From: Escherichia coli
GTDB taxonomy: Bacteria; Pseudomonadota; Gammaproteobacteria; Enterobacterales; Enterobacteriaceae
Length of the DNA: 64,000 nt
Direction: 5' to 3' (one strand)
NCBI RefSeq assembly: GCF_022846255.1
Contig: NZ_AP025682.1
Below, piece after piece: positions 40,733-57,917 of this stretch. The translations under genes were made by a program, and so were the position numbers. The notes under the pieces were generated by a model. It saw only the letters and a list, made by a program, of their open reading frames with translations. It ran no database searches and was not told the origin of the DNA. Within the stretch, counting starts at the first letter, position 1; every line of letters starts with the position of its first letter.

Positions 40733-42084
40733 GTCCCATTCTCCTGTAAAGCGCGTACTACCTCTTCCATGGCAGCACTACGTGAACCCTTAACTAAAAT
40801 CGTAATTACCTGTTGCTCAGCAATCAGTGATTTAAGACGTGTGATAAGCGCAGTTTTATCGGCAAAATGTTCGCCAATGCCGCTGGCGGTACTGATAGCA
40901 TGGCTTTGTTTACCCACACTTAACACACGGTCAATACCCGCCGCCTTCGCCGCTTCGCCCACCTGTACATGGCAGGCCTCGCTTTCAGCGCCCAGTTCCG
41001 CCATATCGCCCACCACCAGCACACGGTAGCCCGGCATTTCAGCCAGTACCTGAACAGCGGCGGTCATGGAGCCGACGTTAGCGTTGTAGGAGTCGTCGAG
41101 CAGCAACTGATTTTCCGCCAGTTGAATGGGGAACAGACGGCCAGGAACAGCTTTCAGATTTGCCAGCCCCGCTTTAATAGCATCAAGCGTTGCGCCCACG
41201 GACATGGAGAGCGCAGCGGCTGCCAGCGCATTCGCAATATTGTGACGCCCCGGCAACGGCAGCAGAACATCGACGCTACCCGTTGGGGTTTGCAGCGTAA
41301 ATTCCGTACCGTGCGAGGTCACGTGGATATTGGTGGCGGTGAAATCGCTGTTGTTAGCATTCGGTGAGAAGCGCCACACTTTGCGTGAGCCAATCACACT
41401 CTGCCAGTTCAGCCAGTCGTTGTTGTCGGCATTCATAATGGCGATACCGTTTTCCGGCAGACCGGTAAAGATTTCGCCTTTCGCTTTCGCGACCCCCGCA
41501 AGCGAGCCAAAACCTTCCAGATGCGCCGCCGCCAGATTGTTGACCAGCGCCGCTTCCGGGCGAGTCAGACTCACAGTCCAGGCAATTTCACCCTGATGGT
41601 TTGCACCAAGCTCAATAACTGCGTAATCGTACTCTGGCGTTAAGCGCAACAGCGTCATCGGTACACCGATGTCGTTGTTGAGATTGCCTGCCGTATAAAG
41701 CGTGTTGCCACACTGGCTTAAAATCGCTGCCGTCATCTCTTTAACGGAGGTTTTGCCGGAGGAACCGGTCAGAGCAACCACGCGCGCCGGAACTTGCTGG
41801 CGAACCCATGCAGCCAGTTCACCAAACGCCAGACGAGTATCCTTGACGATTACCTGCGGCAGATCGATATCCAGCGGACGGCTGACCAGTAGTGCGCCCG
41901 CGCCGCCAGCTTTCGCCTGGTCGGCAAAATCATGAGCATCGAAACGTTCGCCTTTCAGGGCAACAAACAGGCAGCCCGGCGTCAGTTTTCGCGTGTCAGT
42001 GGTTACAGCATCAAGGGTGATATCTGCACCTTGCAGTTCACCGTTGAGAATATCGGTAAGTTGGCTAAGGGTTACGCTAATCAT
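40726..42084 (-). CDS. murF: UDP-MurNAc-tripeptide--D-alanyl-D-alanine ligase (452 aa)
   Basis: Full-length match. Confidence 0.97.
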
Positions 42085-43568
42085 GCAATCACCCCCAGCA
42101 GACGCGCCACCGTGACGCGATCGGAGTAGTCCAGACGCTGATTGCCAACAATCTGGTAATCCTCATGACCTTTGCCCGCGACCAGTACCACATCATTCTC
42201 TTTAGCCTGCATAACGGCGCAAGTCACCGCTTCAGCACGGCCTTCCATCACTTTGGCATGTCCGGCATCTAACATTCCCGCCAGAATATCGTTGATGATG
42301 GCACGCGGTTCTTCGGTACGCGGGTTATCGTCCGTTACCACCGCCACGTCAGCGAACTCTTCAGCAATTGCGCCCATCAGTGGACGTTTGCCTTTATCAC
42401 GATCGCCACCACAGCCAAAGACGCACCACAGCTTGCCCGCACAGTGCAGGCGCGCCGCCTGTAAGGCTTTTTCCAGTGCATCCGGCGTATGCGCGTAATC
42501 CACCACTACCGTCGGTTTGCCTGGCGCAGTGAACACTTCCATACGTCCACAAACCGGCTGCAGGCGTGCGGCAGTTTTCAGCAGGTCAGCCAACGGATAG
42601 CCCAGCGCCAGCAGCGTCGCCAGCGCCAGCAGCAAGTTGCTGACGTTAAAAGCGCCCATCAGATGGCTTTCAATTTCGCCATCGCCCCAGCTTGAGCTAA
42701 AGCGAATCGTCGCACCGCTGTCGTGATAGTTCACTTCTGTCGCTTTCAACCAGCGTCCGTGACAGTTCGGATTGATATGATCTTCCATTGATACCGCAAC
42801 CGCGTCCGGCAGTTTTGCCAGCCAGCGGCGGCCCACTTCATCGTCGGCGTTAATAATCGCCTGACCGCAATGATGCTCAGAATAAAGCAGCCATTTCGCG
42901 GCTTCGTAGTGTTCCATATCACCATGATAATCAAGGTGATCGCGGCTTAAGTTGGTAAAGACCGACGCCGCAAATTTCAATGCCGCCACACGGTGCTGTA
43001 CCAGTCCGTGGGAGGAAACTTCCATTGCGCAAAAAGTCGCGCCCTGATCCACCAGCCCCGCCAGCTCATGCTGAACATCGACTGCCGAACCGGTGGTATT
43101 TTCTGTCGGGATCACTTTCCCCAGCAGGCCGTTACCAACGGTGCCCATTACCGCGCTGGTTTCGCCAAGCAGTTGGCTCCACTGTGCCAGCAGCTGGGTC
43201 GTCGTGGTTTTGCCGTTGGTGCCCGTTACGCCTACAAGACGTAAATTGTCAGAGGGTTCATGGTAAAAGCGGCCCGCCAGTGCAGATAAACGCTCGTTGA
43301 GCTGGCTGAGATAGATGACCGGTACGCCGTGCATTTCACGGATTTCACCGTCGGTCGCCTCATCTTTCGCCTCTGCAATAATGGCAGCCACACCTTGCGC
43401 TATCGCCTGCGGGATATATCGACGCCCGTCCGCCTGATGACCTACTACAGCTACAAAGAGATCGCCCGCCGCAGCCACACGGCTGTCGAGTGTCATCTCT
43501 CGCAGTGCTCGCGAAGGTGCGTCTGGCACCCACGGAGCAAGAAGGTCGCGCAAATTACGATCTGCCAC
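42081..43568 (-). CDS. murE: UDP-MurNAc-L-Ala-D-Glu--2,6-diaminopimelate ligase (495 aa)
   Basis: Full-length match. Confidence 0.97.
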
Positions 43569-45321
43569 CTGTCCCCTCGCCTTGATTAATCACAAATTCA
43601 TTTTTATCGCCCGTTGTCAGCGCATCCGGTTCAATGTTCATGGTACGCAATACGCCGCCCATGATGGCACCAAAGACCGGCGCGGAAACGGCGCCGCCGT
43701 AGTATTTACCCGCCTGCGGATCGTTGATAACAACAACCAGCGCGAAGCGCGGCTGACTCGCAGGCGCAACGCCTGCGGTATAAGCAATATATTTATTGAT
43801 GTAGCGACCATCCGGCCCGACCTTTTTCGCGGTACCGGTTTTAATGGCGATACGATAGCCTTTAATCGCCGCCTTCACGCCGCCGCCGCCCGGTAGCGCC
43901 ACGCTTTCCATCATATGCACCACGGTGCGAACAATGGATTCCGGGAAGACTCGTTCACCGGGAACCGGGGGGTCAACTTTGGTAATCGACAGTGGGCGAT
44001 AAATGCCGTAGCTGCCGATAGTTGCGTAGACTCGCGCTAACTGTAACGGTGTTACCATTAGCCCGTAGCCGAAAGAGAAGGTGGCCCTCTCTATGTCAGA
44101 CCACCGTTGTTTTTGAGGATATAAGCCACTGCGTTCTCCGACCAACCCCAAATTGGTCGCTTTTCCCAGTCCAAAACGTGAGTAAGTATCTACTAACGCT
44201 GAGGACGGCATCGCTAACGCCAGCTTGGAAACACCGACGTTACTCGACTTCTGTAATACCCCGGTCAGGGTTAATTCGCTGTAGCGTGCCACGTCTTTGA
44301 TTTCGTGGCCGTTAATTCGATAAGGAACGGTATTCAGTACCGAGTTTTCCCGCACTACGCCACGTTGCAACGCGGTCATCACCACCATCGGTTTAACCGT
44401 TGAACCCGGTTCAAACACGTCAGTGATGGTACGGTTACGCATCGCCTCTTTCGGCGTGCCACTCAGATTGTTTGGGTTGTATGACGGGCTGTTAGCCATC
44501 GCCAGCACTTCACCGGTGTTGACATCCACCAGCACGGCGCTACCAGATTCAGCTTTGTTAAAGGCCACCGCGTTGTTCAGTTCGCGATAAACCAGCGCCT
44601 GCAGGCGTTCATCAATACTCAGCGCCAGGTTGTGCGCCGCCTGACTGTCGGTGGAAGAGATATCTTCAATTACGCGACCATAGCGGTCTTTACGCACAAT
44701 GCGCTCACCCGGCTGCCCGGTAAGCCATTTATCGAAACTCTTCTCGACACCCTCAATCCCTTGGCTATCGACGTTAGTAAAGCCGATGAGGTGAGCGGTC
44801 ACTTCGCCGGATGGATAATAACGGCGAGATTCTTCACGCAGATGAATCCCCGGCAGTTTCAGTTTTTTGATGTACTCTGCCATGTCAGGGTTTACCTGAC
44901 GCGCCAGATAAATAAAGCGCCCTTTCGGGTTGGCGTTAATGCGGGCTGAAAGCTGATCCAGCGGAATGTTGAGTGCGTTAGCCAGCGCCTTCCAGCGATC
45001 ACCGACGCTGATACCGCCAGCGTCATGCACTTCTTTCGGGTCAGCCCAAATCGCTTTAACCGGCACGCTCACCGCTAACGGGCGACCAGAACGGTCAGTA
45101 ATCATGCCGCGGGAGGTGGAAACTTGCTGAACGCGAAGAGAACGCATGTCGCCCTCTTTCACCAGCATATCCGGGGAGATAACTTGTAACCACGCTACGC
45201 GTCCGAGCAGAAAAGCCAGCGCCAGGAGAATACAGCCGCATAACAACGCAAAACGCCAACTGATAAAGTTGGCATGTTCTTCCTGACGTTTTGGTTTCTG
45301 CGTTTTCGCCGCTGCTTTCAT
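43555..45321 (-). CDS. ftsI: peptidoglycan transpeptidase FtsI / PBP3 (588 aa)
   Basis: STVK, SSN, KTG transpeptidase motifs; full-length match. Confidence 0.97.
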
Positions 45322-45336
45322 GCGTCGCGTTTATCC

Positions 45337-45702
45337 TTATTTTTGCACTACGATATTTTCTTGTGACGGATCAACATGCTGCATTTGCAGCTTTTCCGTG
45401 GCGATCCTTTCCACCCGGCTATGGTCGCCGAGCGCATTCTCTTCAAGGATCAGGTTGCGCCATTCAATGTCTAAAGCATCTCGCTCCAGCACCAGTTGTT
45501 CGCGCTGAGCGGTCAGTAAACGGGTATGGTGCGCCGTGGTTACCACGGTCACCGCCGTCAAAATAATGCAAATGAACAGGCAGAGTGGCAGCTTCCCAAA
45601 TCGCAAAAGATCGTCACCGATAACACCAGGCAATGCATGGCGCTCGTGGCTTCCCATCGATCCTTTAACTTTGCTTAGAGCTTCTGTCACTCTGCTGATC
45701 AT
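45337..45702 (-). CDS. ftsL: cell division protein FtsL (121 aa)
   Basis: Full-length match. Confidence 0.95.
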
Positions 45703-46640
45703 GCGTTCGTCCTCTCTGCAATACGCAGAACTGAACTACGGGCACGAGGGTTCTCAGCCACCTCTTCTTCGCCCGGCATTAACTTGCCTAGTGCTCGCAG
45801 CTGACGGCCACCCAGTTTTTTGAGCTGCTCTTCAGTCATCGGTAACCCTGCCGGAACTTGCGGACCACGGCTGTTTTCACGCATAAAGCGTTTCACAATG
45901 CGGTCTTCCAGCGAGTGGAAGCTGATGATCGAAAGCCGCCCACCCGGGGCCAGCACGTTGAGCGAGCTTTTTAGCGCCTGCTCTATCTCCTCCAGTTCAC
46001 TGTTTACCCAAATGCGCACCGCCTGGAAGGTACGGGTCGCGGGATGTTTAAACTTATCTTTCACCGGCGTTGCGGCAGCAACGACTTCCGCTAGTTCTTT
46101 GGTGCGGGTCATCGGTTGTTCGCGGTTTCGCTCGACAATGGCGCGGGCAATGCGTTTGGCGAAACGCTCTTCACCATAGGTTTTCAATACCCAGGCGATA
46201 TCGGCTTCTTCTGCGGTTTGTAGCCATTCAGCGGCTGACTGCCCACGGGTCGGGTCCATACGCATGTCCAGCGGACCATCACGCATAAAGGAAAAGCCGC
46301 GTTCAGCATCATCAAGTTGCGGTGAAGAGACGCCAAGATCGAGGAGAATGCCGTCGATCTTGCCGATAAGATCGCGCTCGGCAACGTATTCGCCCAGCGC
46401 GGAGAAAGGTCCGTGGATGATGGAGAAGCGCGGATCATCAATAGTCTTCGCAACGGCGATAGCCTGCGGGTCGCGATCGATCGCCAGCAAACGCCCCTCT
46501 TCGCCAAGCTGCGAGAGGATCAGACGTGAGTGACCACCGCGACCAAAAGTCCCATCAATGTAGATGCCATCAGGACGGATATTGAGGCCATTAACGGCTT
46601 CATCCAGCAGCACCGTAGTATGTTTATAGTTTTCCATCAT
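45699..46640 (-). CDS. rsmH: 16S rRNA m4C1402 methyltransferase RsmH / MraW (313 aa)
   Basis: [22 protein letters not shown]...; track ORF over-extended by 43 codons across mraZ. Confidence 0.95.
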
Positions 46641-46641
46641 T

Positions 46642-47100
46642 TTATAGAGACAAGTCCTGCAGTCGCTCCGATAAGTCTCCAGTAGCCAACTGCTCTGCGT
46701 CGATATCTTCCTTGACCTGTTGATGCCAGGTTGTTTCATCCCACAGCTCAAACTTGTTGAACTGTCCAACCAGCATCACTTCTTTTGTCAGCCCGGCATG
46801 TTGCCGCAGTACTGGCGCGATTAACAATCGACCTGCGCCATCCATCTGACATTCGCTGGCATGACCTAACAGTAGGCGCTGCACACGGCGCTCAACCGGG
46901 TTCATGCTCGACAGACGCGATAATTTTTGCTCGATAATTTCCCATTCAGGCAGGGGGTAAAGCAGCAGGCACGGGTGATGAATGTCAATGGTGCAAACCA
47001 TTTGACCGGCAGCGTTCTCAAGCAGCTGTTCCCGATAACGGGTAGGCACTGATAAGCGCCCTTTGCTGTCGAGATTGACTAACGTTGCTCCCCGGAACAT
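46642..47100 (-). CDS. mraZ: transcriptional regulator MraZ (152 aa)
   Basis: [27 protein letters not shown]...; track ORF extended by 12 codons. Confidence 0.95.
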
Positions 47101-47119
47101 GCCAGCCTCACCCCTTATT

Positions 47120-47144
47120 CCCACTTTGCCCCACAATTTCCCAC
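47120..47144 (-). promoter_or_regulatory. MraZ operator: three GTGGG direct repeats at 10-bp spacing in the mraZ 5' region
   Basis: Plus strand shows cccac at 47120-47124, 47130-47134 and 47140-47144 (GTGGG on the mraZ-coding strand), 20-45 nt upstream of the mraZ ATG. Confidence 0.6.
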
Positions 47145-47701
47145 TGAAAGGAGTTTACGGAGCGGAGGAAAAGCTTGTCAAGCCAGTCACAAGGCATACC
47201 GAGGTAAAAAACCCGATGTTTACGGCTAATATCAGCGTTGTTTATTTTACGTCCAACGTGCGAAGCAAATTAACGTTATGAATAGCTGTAAGAAAAAATC
47301 CCTCATCGTCATCACCGTTTTAAAATGACTCACTATTTTCCACAGCAAATATAAAGTGTCAGTTTGCGACGCGAGCGGCATTTTAGGACATATCTTCCCC
47401 GGTTAACAGTCCCTGTTGCGTCTGTGTGGCGCTTGATGCCAGCGGGTTTGCGCAAAAGCAAAGAAAAGTGTTTGTTAAATCGGCAATTCATCTCTGCATG
47501 TAACAAAATAATGCAAAAACGCGCTATCGATATCACTTAATTATTGTGAATTTCAGCTGGTGAGGTAATTAACGGGCAGGTTTAAAAGCATTTATCAATA
47601 ATAGCCAGGAATAGTCTTATTTACTTTAAGGATATTGATGTCCATTCCCGTACTCAACGCGCCAGAGAGAAATTCACCTGGCGCGTATTTTTGTTCGCGG
47701 C

Positions 47702-48706
47702 TTAGCTACGGCTGAGCACGCCGCGGCGATAGAGATTACGTTTAATGCGCGTTAAACCAGGTTTTGGCTTACGCGGTTCGTCCAGGCTTGCCAGGACAAT
47801 CTCCAGCACACGCTCTGCGACATCGCGGTGACGTTGAGCCACTGCCAGCACCGGGCACTGTAAGAAGTCGAGCAGTTCGTTATCGCCAAAGGTGGCAATT
47901 GCCAGGTCAGAAGGCAGTTTGCCGTCACGACGTAGCGTGACATCCATCACCCCTTGCAACAACGCAAACGACGTTGTGAACAGTGCCTGCGGCATCGGAT
48001 GCGTTTCCAGCCATTTTTCGAATAACTGGGCAGCCGCCTCCCGCTCATAGCTGTTGGCATAAAGGAAATGCACTTCGCGAGGATCATCTTTCCAGGCAGT
48101 ACGGAAACCTTGTTCACGCAGGAAGCTGACAGAAAGCTCCGGCAGCGCGCCAAGATAAAGTACCGTCTCGGCGGGAAACTTACGTAACTCTTCCGCCAGC
48201 ATTTCGGCATCATCCTGATCGGCACCAACCACGCTGGTGAAGTGTTCACGATCGAGGGCGCGGTCCAGCGCGACAATCGGGAACGGGTCGTTAGCCCAGC
48301 GTTGATAAAAAGGATGCTCAGGTGGCAACGACGTCGAAACAATAATGGCATCAACCTGACGCTGTAAAAGATGCTCGATACAACGCATTTCGTTGTCGGG
48401 CTGATCTTCCGAGCAGGCAATCAGCAGTTGATAACCCCTTTGCCGCGCCTGGCGTTCAAGATAGTTAGCGATGCGGGTATAGCTGGTGTTCTCCAGATCG
48501 GGGATCACAAGACCAATAGAACGTGTGCGTCCAGCACGAAGCCCAGCTGCCACGGCGTTCGGGTGGTAATTGTGCTCACGCACCACAGCCATGACTTTTT
48601 CAACGGTTTTGTCGCTCACACGGTATTGCTTCGCTTTGCCGTTAATAACATAGCTTGCAGTGGTCCGCGACACTCCCGCCAGCCGAGCGATTTCATCCAG
48701 TTTCAC
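47702..48706 (-). CDS. cra: catabolite repressor/activator Cra / FruR (334 aa)
   Basis: LacI-family [28 protein letters not shown]... Confidence 0.96.
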   Translation of the reverse strand: MKLDEIARLAGVSRTTASYVINGKAKQYRVSDKTVEKVMAVVREHNYHPNAVAAGLRAGRTRSIGLVIPDLENTSYTRIANYLERQARQRGYQLLIACSEDQPDNEMRCIEHLLQRQVDAIIVSTSLPPEHPFYQRWANDPFPIVALDRALDREHFTSVVGADQDDAEMLAEELRKFPAETVLYLGALPELSVSFLREQGFRTAWKDDPREVHFLYANSYEREAAAQLFEKWLETHPMPQALFTTSFALLQGVMDVTLRRDGKLPSDLAIATFGDNELLDFLQCPVLAVAQRHRDVAERVLEIVLASLDEPRKPKPGLTRIKRNLYRRGVLSRS

Positions 48707-48885
48707 AATTGCCCCTTGCGTAAAATGTAAAAACCATAGCCATTGTACTGGTATGGGTTAAATTCATTAACATCTAAGCGCAGAAAATTAACTGCGGCAA
48801 CTGCTTTTATTCCAGGTTCCCACTGATTTCGCAAAAAAAGCCCAACGTGACATGTTGGGCTGCAAATTGCGCATTGAGATCATTC

Positions 48886-49377
48886 TCAACGCATTATTTT
48901 ATCGCCGCGCGAAAGTCCGACTACACCAGAGCGAGCAACTTCCACAATTTTCGCCACATCGCGAATCGATGCTAAAAATGCATCAAGTTTATCGCTGGTG
49001 CCTGCTAATTGAACGGTATAAAGCGAGGGTGTGACATCGATAATTTGCCCACGGAATATTTCCGTATTACGTTTCACTTCGTCACGCCCGTAGCCGCTGG
49101 CCTGAATTTTCACCAGCATGATTTCCCGCTCAACATGCGCACCCTGCCCCAACTCGCTCACGCGTAATACATCGACCAGCTTGTGTAATTGCTTTTCGAT
49201 CTGCTCAAGCACTTTTTCATCGCCCACGGTCTGGATGGTCATACGCGATAATGTCGGATCGTCGGTTGGCGCAACGGTCAGGCTTTCAATGTTGTAGCCA
49301 CGCTGGGAAAAAAGGCCAATCACGCGGGATAACGCACCTGATTCATTTTCGAGTAAGACTGATAATATCCGGCGCAT
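48886..49377 (-). CDS. ilvH: acetolactate synthase III small (regulatory) subunit (163 aa)
   Basis: [26 protein letters not shown]... (ACT domain); track ORF extended by 10 codons. Confidence 0.95.
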
Positions 49378-49379
49378 AA

Positions 49380-51104
49380 TCAGGTTCTCTCCGTTTTGCT
49401 TAACCACATTTCATCCATTCCGCCCCCGCGAATCTGCATCGGGTAGACGTGCTCACTGCCATCGACGGTAACATCAACAAACACCAGGCGATTATTGCGC
49501 ACCTGTTCCAGCGCCTCGCTAAGTTTGCTTTCCAGTTCTTGCGGATGAGAGATCTGGATCCCGACGTGACCATAGGCTTCCGCCAGACGGACGAAATCGG
49601 GTAGTGACTGCATATAAGATTGTGAATGACGGCCGGAATAGATCATGTCCTGCCACTGCTTCACCATCCCCAGATAGCGGTTATTGAGATTCACCACCAG
49701 TACCGGCAACTCATATTGCAACGCGGTAGACAGTTCCTGAATGTTCATCTGAATACTGCCGTCGCCAGTGACGCAAACCACGGTTTCTTCTGGCAACGCC
49801 ATTTTGACGCCCAGTGCCGCAGGCAAACCAAAACCCATCGTGCCGAGGCCGCCAGAATTGATCCAGCGACGCGGTTTGTCGAATGGATAATAAAGCGCAG
49901 CAAACATCTGGTGCTGCCCGACATCGGACGTCACGTAAGCGTCTCCCTTCGTCAACCGCCAAAGAGTCTCGATCACCGCCTGCGGTTTAATCTTTTCACT
50001 GTAAGAGTCATATTTCAGGCACTGACGAGCGCGCCACTGTTCAATCTGCTGCCACCAGTCGCGGATCTCATCCAGCGGTTGATGGACGGATTCTTGCGAC
50101 AGGAGTTCAAGCATTTGTTCGAGGACCTGGCGAGCATCCCCCACAATCGGGATATCAGCAGTCACGGTTTTAGAAATGGAAGTAGGATCAATATCGATAT
50201 GCAGAACCGTGGCATTTGGGCAGTACTTCGCCAGATTGTTCGTCGTTCGGTCATCAAAACGTACCCCGACGGCGAAAATCACATCCGCGTTATGCATCGT
50301 CATATTGGCTTCGTAGGTACCGTGCATTCCCAACATGCCCAGTGCCTGACGATGCGTTGCCGGAAACGCCCCCAGCCCCATTAATGAGGAAACAACGGGC
50401 AGATTCAACGCCTCCACCGTTTCTTTTAGCTGCTGATGACAGCCCGCCGTGATTGCCCCACCGCCTACATAGACAACCGGTTTTTTTGCCGCCACCAGCG
50501 TTTGCAGAGCGCGCTTAATTTGCCCTTTATGCCCGGAGGTCGTGGGATTGTAAGATCGCATACTGACCGACTCCGGCCAGACGTAGGGTAATTTGTTCGC
50601 CGGATTAAGAATATCTTTCGGTAAATCAACGACCACGGGCCCAGGGCGACCACTTGCCGCCAGCCAGAAAGCCTTTTTCAGCACCTGCGGAATGTCTTCC
50701 GTTTGCTTAACCAGAAAACTGTGTTTAACCACCGGGCGAGAAATCCCCACCATGTCGCACTCCTGAAAGGCATCGTAGCCTATCAACGAGGTCGCTACCT
50801 GCCCGGAAAGGACAACTAATGGAATGGAATCCATATAAGCGGTGGCAATGCCAGTAATCGCATTGGTCGCCCCTGGACCCGACGTTACCAGCACGACGCC
50901 GACTTCCCCGGTCGCGCGCGCCAGACCATCGGCCATATGCACCGCCGCCTGCTCATGACGAACTAAAACATGATCGATACCACCCACGGTATGCAATGCA
51001 TCGTAAATATCAAGGACCGCGCCTCCAGGATAACCGAATACTTGTTTAACGCCCTGATCGATAAGCGATCGGACGACCATCTCGGCTCCAGACAACATCT
51101 CCAT
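49380..51104 (-). CDS. ilvI: acetolactate synthase III large subunit (574 aa)
   Basis: ThDP-enzyme [31 protein letters not shown]...; track ORF extended by 30 codons. Confidence 0.95.
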   Translation of the reverse strand: MEMLSGAEMVVRSLIDQGVKQVFGYPGGAVLDIYDALHTVGGIDHVLVRHEQAAVHMADGLARATGEVGVVLVTSGPGATNAITGIATAYMDSIPLVVLSGQVATSLIGYDAFQECDMVGISRPVVKHSFLVKQTEDIPQVLKKAFWLAASGRPGPVVVDLPKDILNPANKLPYVWPESVSMRSYNPTTSGHKGQIKRALQTLVAAKKPVVYVGGGAITAGCHQQLKETVEALNLPVVSSLMGLGAFPATHRQALGMLGMHGTYEANMTMHNADVIFAVGVRFDDRTTNNLAKYCPNATVLHIDIDPTSISKTVTADIPIVGDARQVLEQMLELLSQESVHQPLDEIRDWWQQIEQWRARQCLKYDSYSEKIKPQAVIETLWRLTKGDAYVTSDVGQHQMFAALYYPFDKPRRWINSGGLGTMGFGLPAALGVKMALPEETVVCVTGDGSIQMNIQELSTALQYELPVLVVNLNNRYLGMVKQWQDMIYSGRHSQSYMQSLPDFVRLAEAYGHVGIQISHPQELESKLSEALEQVRNNRLVFVDVTVDGSEHVYPMQIRGGGMDEMWLSKTERT

Positions 51105-51369
51105 GGCCTGCCTCACTGTTTGACGGAAAAAATGTGTAAAACACATTAACCGTCCGATCTTGCTTAAGCAATTGGCAGACAGAGACATAAACACGGGGTA
51201 ATAAGAATAAACAGGAGGAAAGGTGAAAAGAAACGATAAAATCCTCCATTACAGAGGATGAAATTGATAATAAATCGGCTGAATCCTACAACTTACAGCA
51301 ATTTCTCTATTTTTTTAATTAATCCTAAAATAGAGAGCACAAACATTCAGAATAAAATTCTACATTCAA

Positions 51370-51419
51370 TAAAAAATGCAGAATAAACCAGACATTGATG
51401 TCTGACCTATTCTGCATTC
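51370..51419 (-). terminator. leuO intrinsic terminator (nested hairpin plus U-tract)
   Basis: 11-bp arms aatgcagaata / tattctgcatt with inner palindrome cagacat/atgtctg, followed on the minus strand by TTTTT. Confidence 0.6.
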
Positions 51420-51421
51420 AG

Positions 51422-52366
51422 TTAGCGTTTGCAAATTGAGACTAATTGCTCTTCCATCCACTGATGGCCTTTATCACGCCCGGCAGCTTCATGCCAGGAG
51501 AGATAACAGGTTCTGCTGTTTTGTTTTAACGGCAGCGGTAATACCTGTAACTCTAAGGATTCAGCGAATTCTTCAGCCAACCAACGCGGCGCAATAGCGA
51601 CCAGATGCGTTTGCGACACCACGCTAAGTACGCTCATCATTGCCATGCCCTGATACGCGATACTGGCTTGCTTATCTACCGTGTCATACCAGGTTTGACT
51701 AAATGATGCGAAACGATCGAGCGAAACCGCAGCGTGTTGTTCGTTATAAACATCATGCTTCAGTAACGGGCCTTTAATTGTTGGATGATTTTTGCTGGCT
51801 ACCAACACCATTTCATCTTTAAATAATGGCACACTGGTAAATTCAGGGCGATGGAAGTCTTCATAACTAATCACAAACTCCGTTTCCTGATAACGCAGCT
51901 GATGTTCAGTGTTCTGATTTAATGAAGACTTGAACATAACATGTATATTTGGCGCAATCTGCTCAATGTGATTATAAATCTGCGAGGTCAGAATGCTGTC
52001 TAACGGGCTGCAAACACAAAGATGAAATACACGTTCACTGCTCGCGGGTTCAAAACCTGAACCAGGCAATTCATTTTGTACTAGTTGCAATGCCTGACGA
52101 ACTGAGCCAAAAAGTTGAAATGCGCGAGCAGTCGGTTGAATACCACGGCCATAACGAACAAAAAGCTCGTCATTAAACATCACCTTCAGGCGTGCAACAG
52201 CGTTACTGACCGCAGGTTGCGACATTCCCAGAGCATGAGCGGCACGGGTGATGTTTTGCTCCTGCATCACGGCATCGAAAACGGTTAATAAGTTGAGATC
52301 GACCATGCGTAGCTGTGGCTTGCTTAACTCCGCCGTCTCTGGATGATCTGTTTGTACCTCTGGCAT
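51422..52366 (-). CDS. leuO: LysR-family global regulator LeuO (314 aa)
   Basis: [30 protein letters not shown]...; track ORF extended by 28 codons. Confidence 0.95.
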   Translation of the reverse strand: MPEVQTDHPETAELSKPQLRMVDLNLLTVFDAVMQEQNITRAAHALGMSQPAVSNAVARLKVMFNDELFVRYGRGIQPTARAFQLFGSVRQALQLVQNELPGSGFEPASSERVFHLCVCSPLDSILTSQIYNHIEQIAPNIHVMFKSSLNQNTEHQLRYQETEFVISYEDFHRPEFTSVPLFKDEMVLVASKNHPTIKGPLLKHDVYNEQHAAVSLDRFASFSQTWYDTVDKQASIAYQGMAMMSVLSVVSQTHLVAIAPRWLAEEFAESLELQVLPLPLKQNSRTCYLSWHEAAGRDKGHQWMEEQLVSICKR

Positions 52367-53023
52367 ACTTAACTCCACTGTCACACTTAACTCCCTTTCC
52401 CTTATTGGAATGCAGAGAAATAATCCTCGAGAATATGATTTATCATGCATATAAAATAAGAAAAAGCAAAATGAGTAAAATTAGGAAAACATAAAGATAC
52501 AGGTTCTGATAAAAACAGAATCCACTGCCGAGCAAAGAGTTATTTACTACAGCATAATAATCCATAATGTTTTTGTTGCGAAAACAATCTAATCATAACT
52601 ACCACGAATACTCAATCATCCACAAAATGGATTAAATGTGCTTTTTAATAATTAATTTATATGTTTAATGCATTAATTCTTAACATTAATTGATCAATAA
52701 TATTCAGCAAATGAATATCAAAAAATTCGCAAAACATATAATTCAATACAAATCATCAAGATAGGTTTTGCAACGCGTGCATTTTATCCCCCTTTCCCTC
52801 GTTGATTAGATGCAAAAAATTATTCTGAAATATGTCAACCGATGAAAAGCATCGGCGGTTAAGCAGAAATTAATATCGCTTGTTTTAACCACCGCAGCAC
52901 AATTAGCTAATTTTACGGATGCCGAACTCACAATGGCGTGACGTTTTTATTGCTTCAGGGTTGACATCCGTTTTTGTATCCAGTAACTCTAAAAGCATAT
53001 CGCATTCATCTGGAGCTGATTTA

Positions 53024-53110
53024 ATGACTCACATCGTTCGCTTTATCGGTCTACTACTACTAAACGCATCTTCTTTGCGCGGTAGACGAGTGAGCGGCAT
53101 CCAGCATTAA
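53024..53110 (+). CDS. leuL: leu operon leader peptide (28 aa)
   Basis: [28 protein letters not shown] with four consecutive Leu codons; followed by attenuator hairpin. Confidence 0.9.
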
Positions 53111-53130
53111 GCCAGCACGCAGTCAAACAA

Positions 53131-53158
53131 AAACCCGCGCCATTGCGCGGGTTTTTTT
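53131..53158 (+). terminator. leu attenuator terminator
   Basis: aaacccgcgccattgcgcgggttttttt: GC stem followed by T7 run, 20 nt after leuL stop. Confidence 0.9.
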
Positions 53159-53201
53159 ATGCCCGAAGCGAGGCGCTCAAAAAGAGACAAGGACCCAAAC
53201 C

Positions 53202-55864
<2,663 letters not shown>

Positions 55865-55866
55865 TC

Positions 55867-57883
<2,017 letters not shown>

Positions 57884-57917
57884 TTTGTACACCGTCCGGC
57901 ACTCAATCGCCAAAAAG

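Noticed and set aside
47063-47281. 72-aa plus-strand ORF across the mraZ start and operator
   Set aside because: Overlaps the mraZ start codon and promoter on the opposite strand; no RBS; likely non-coding.
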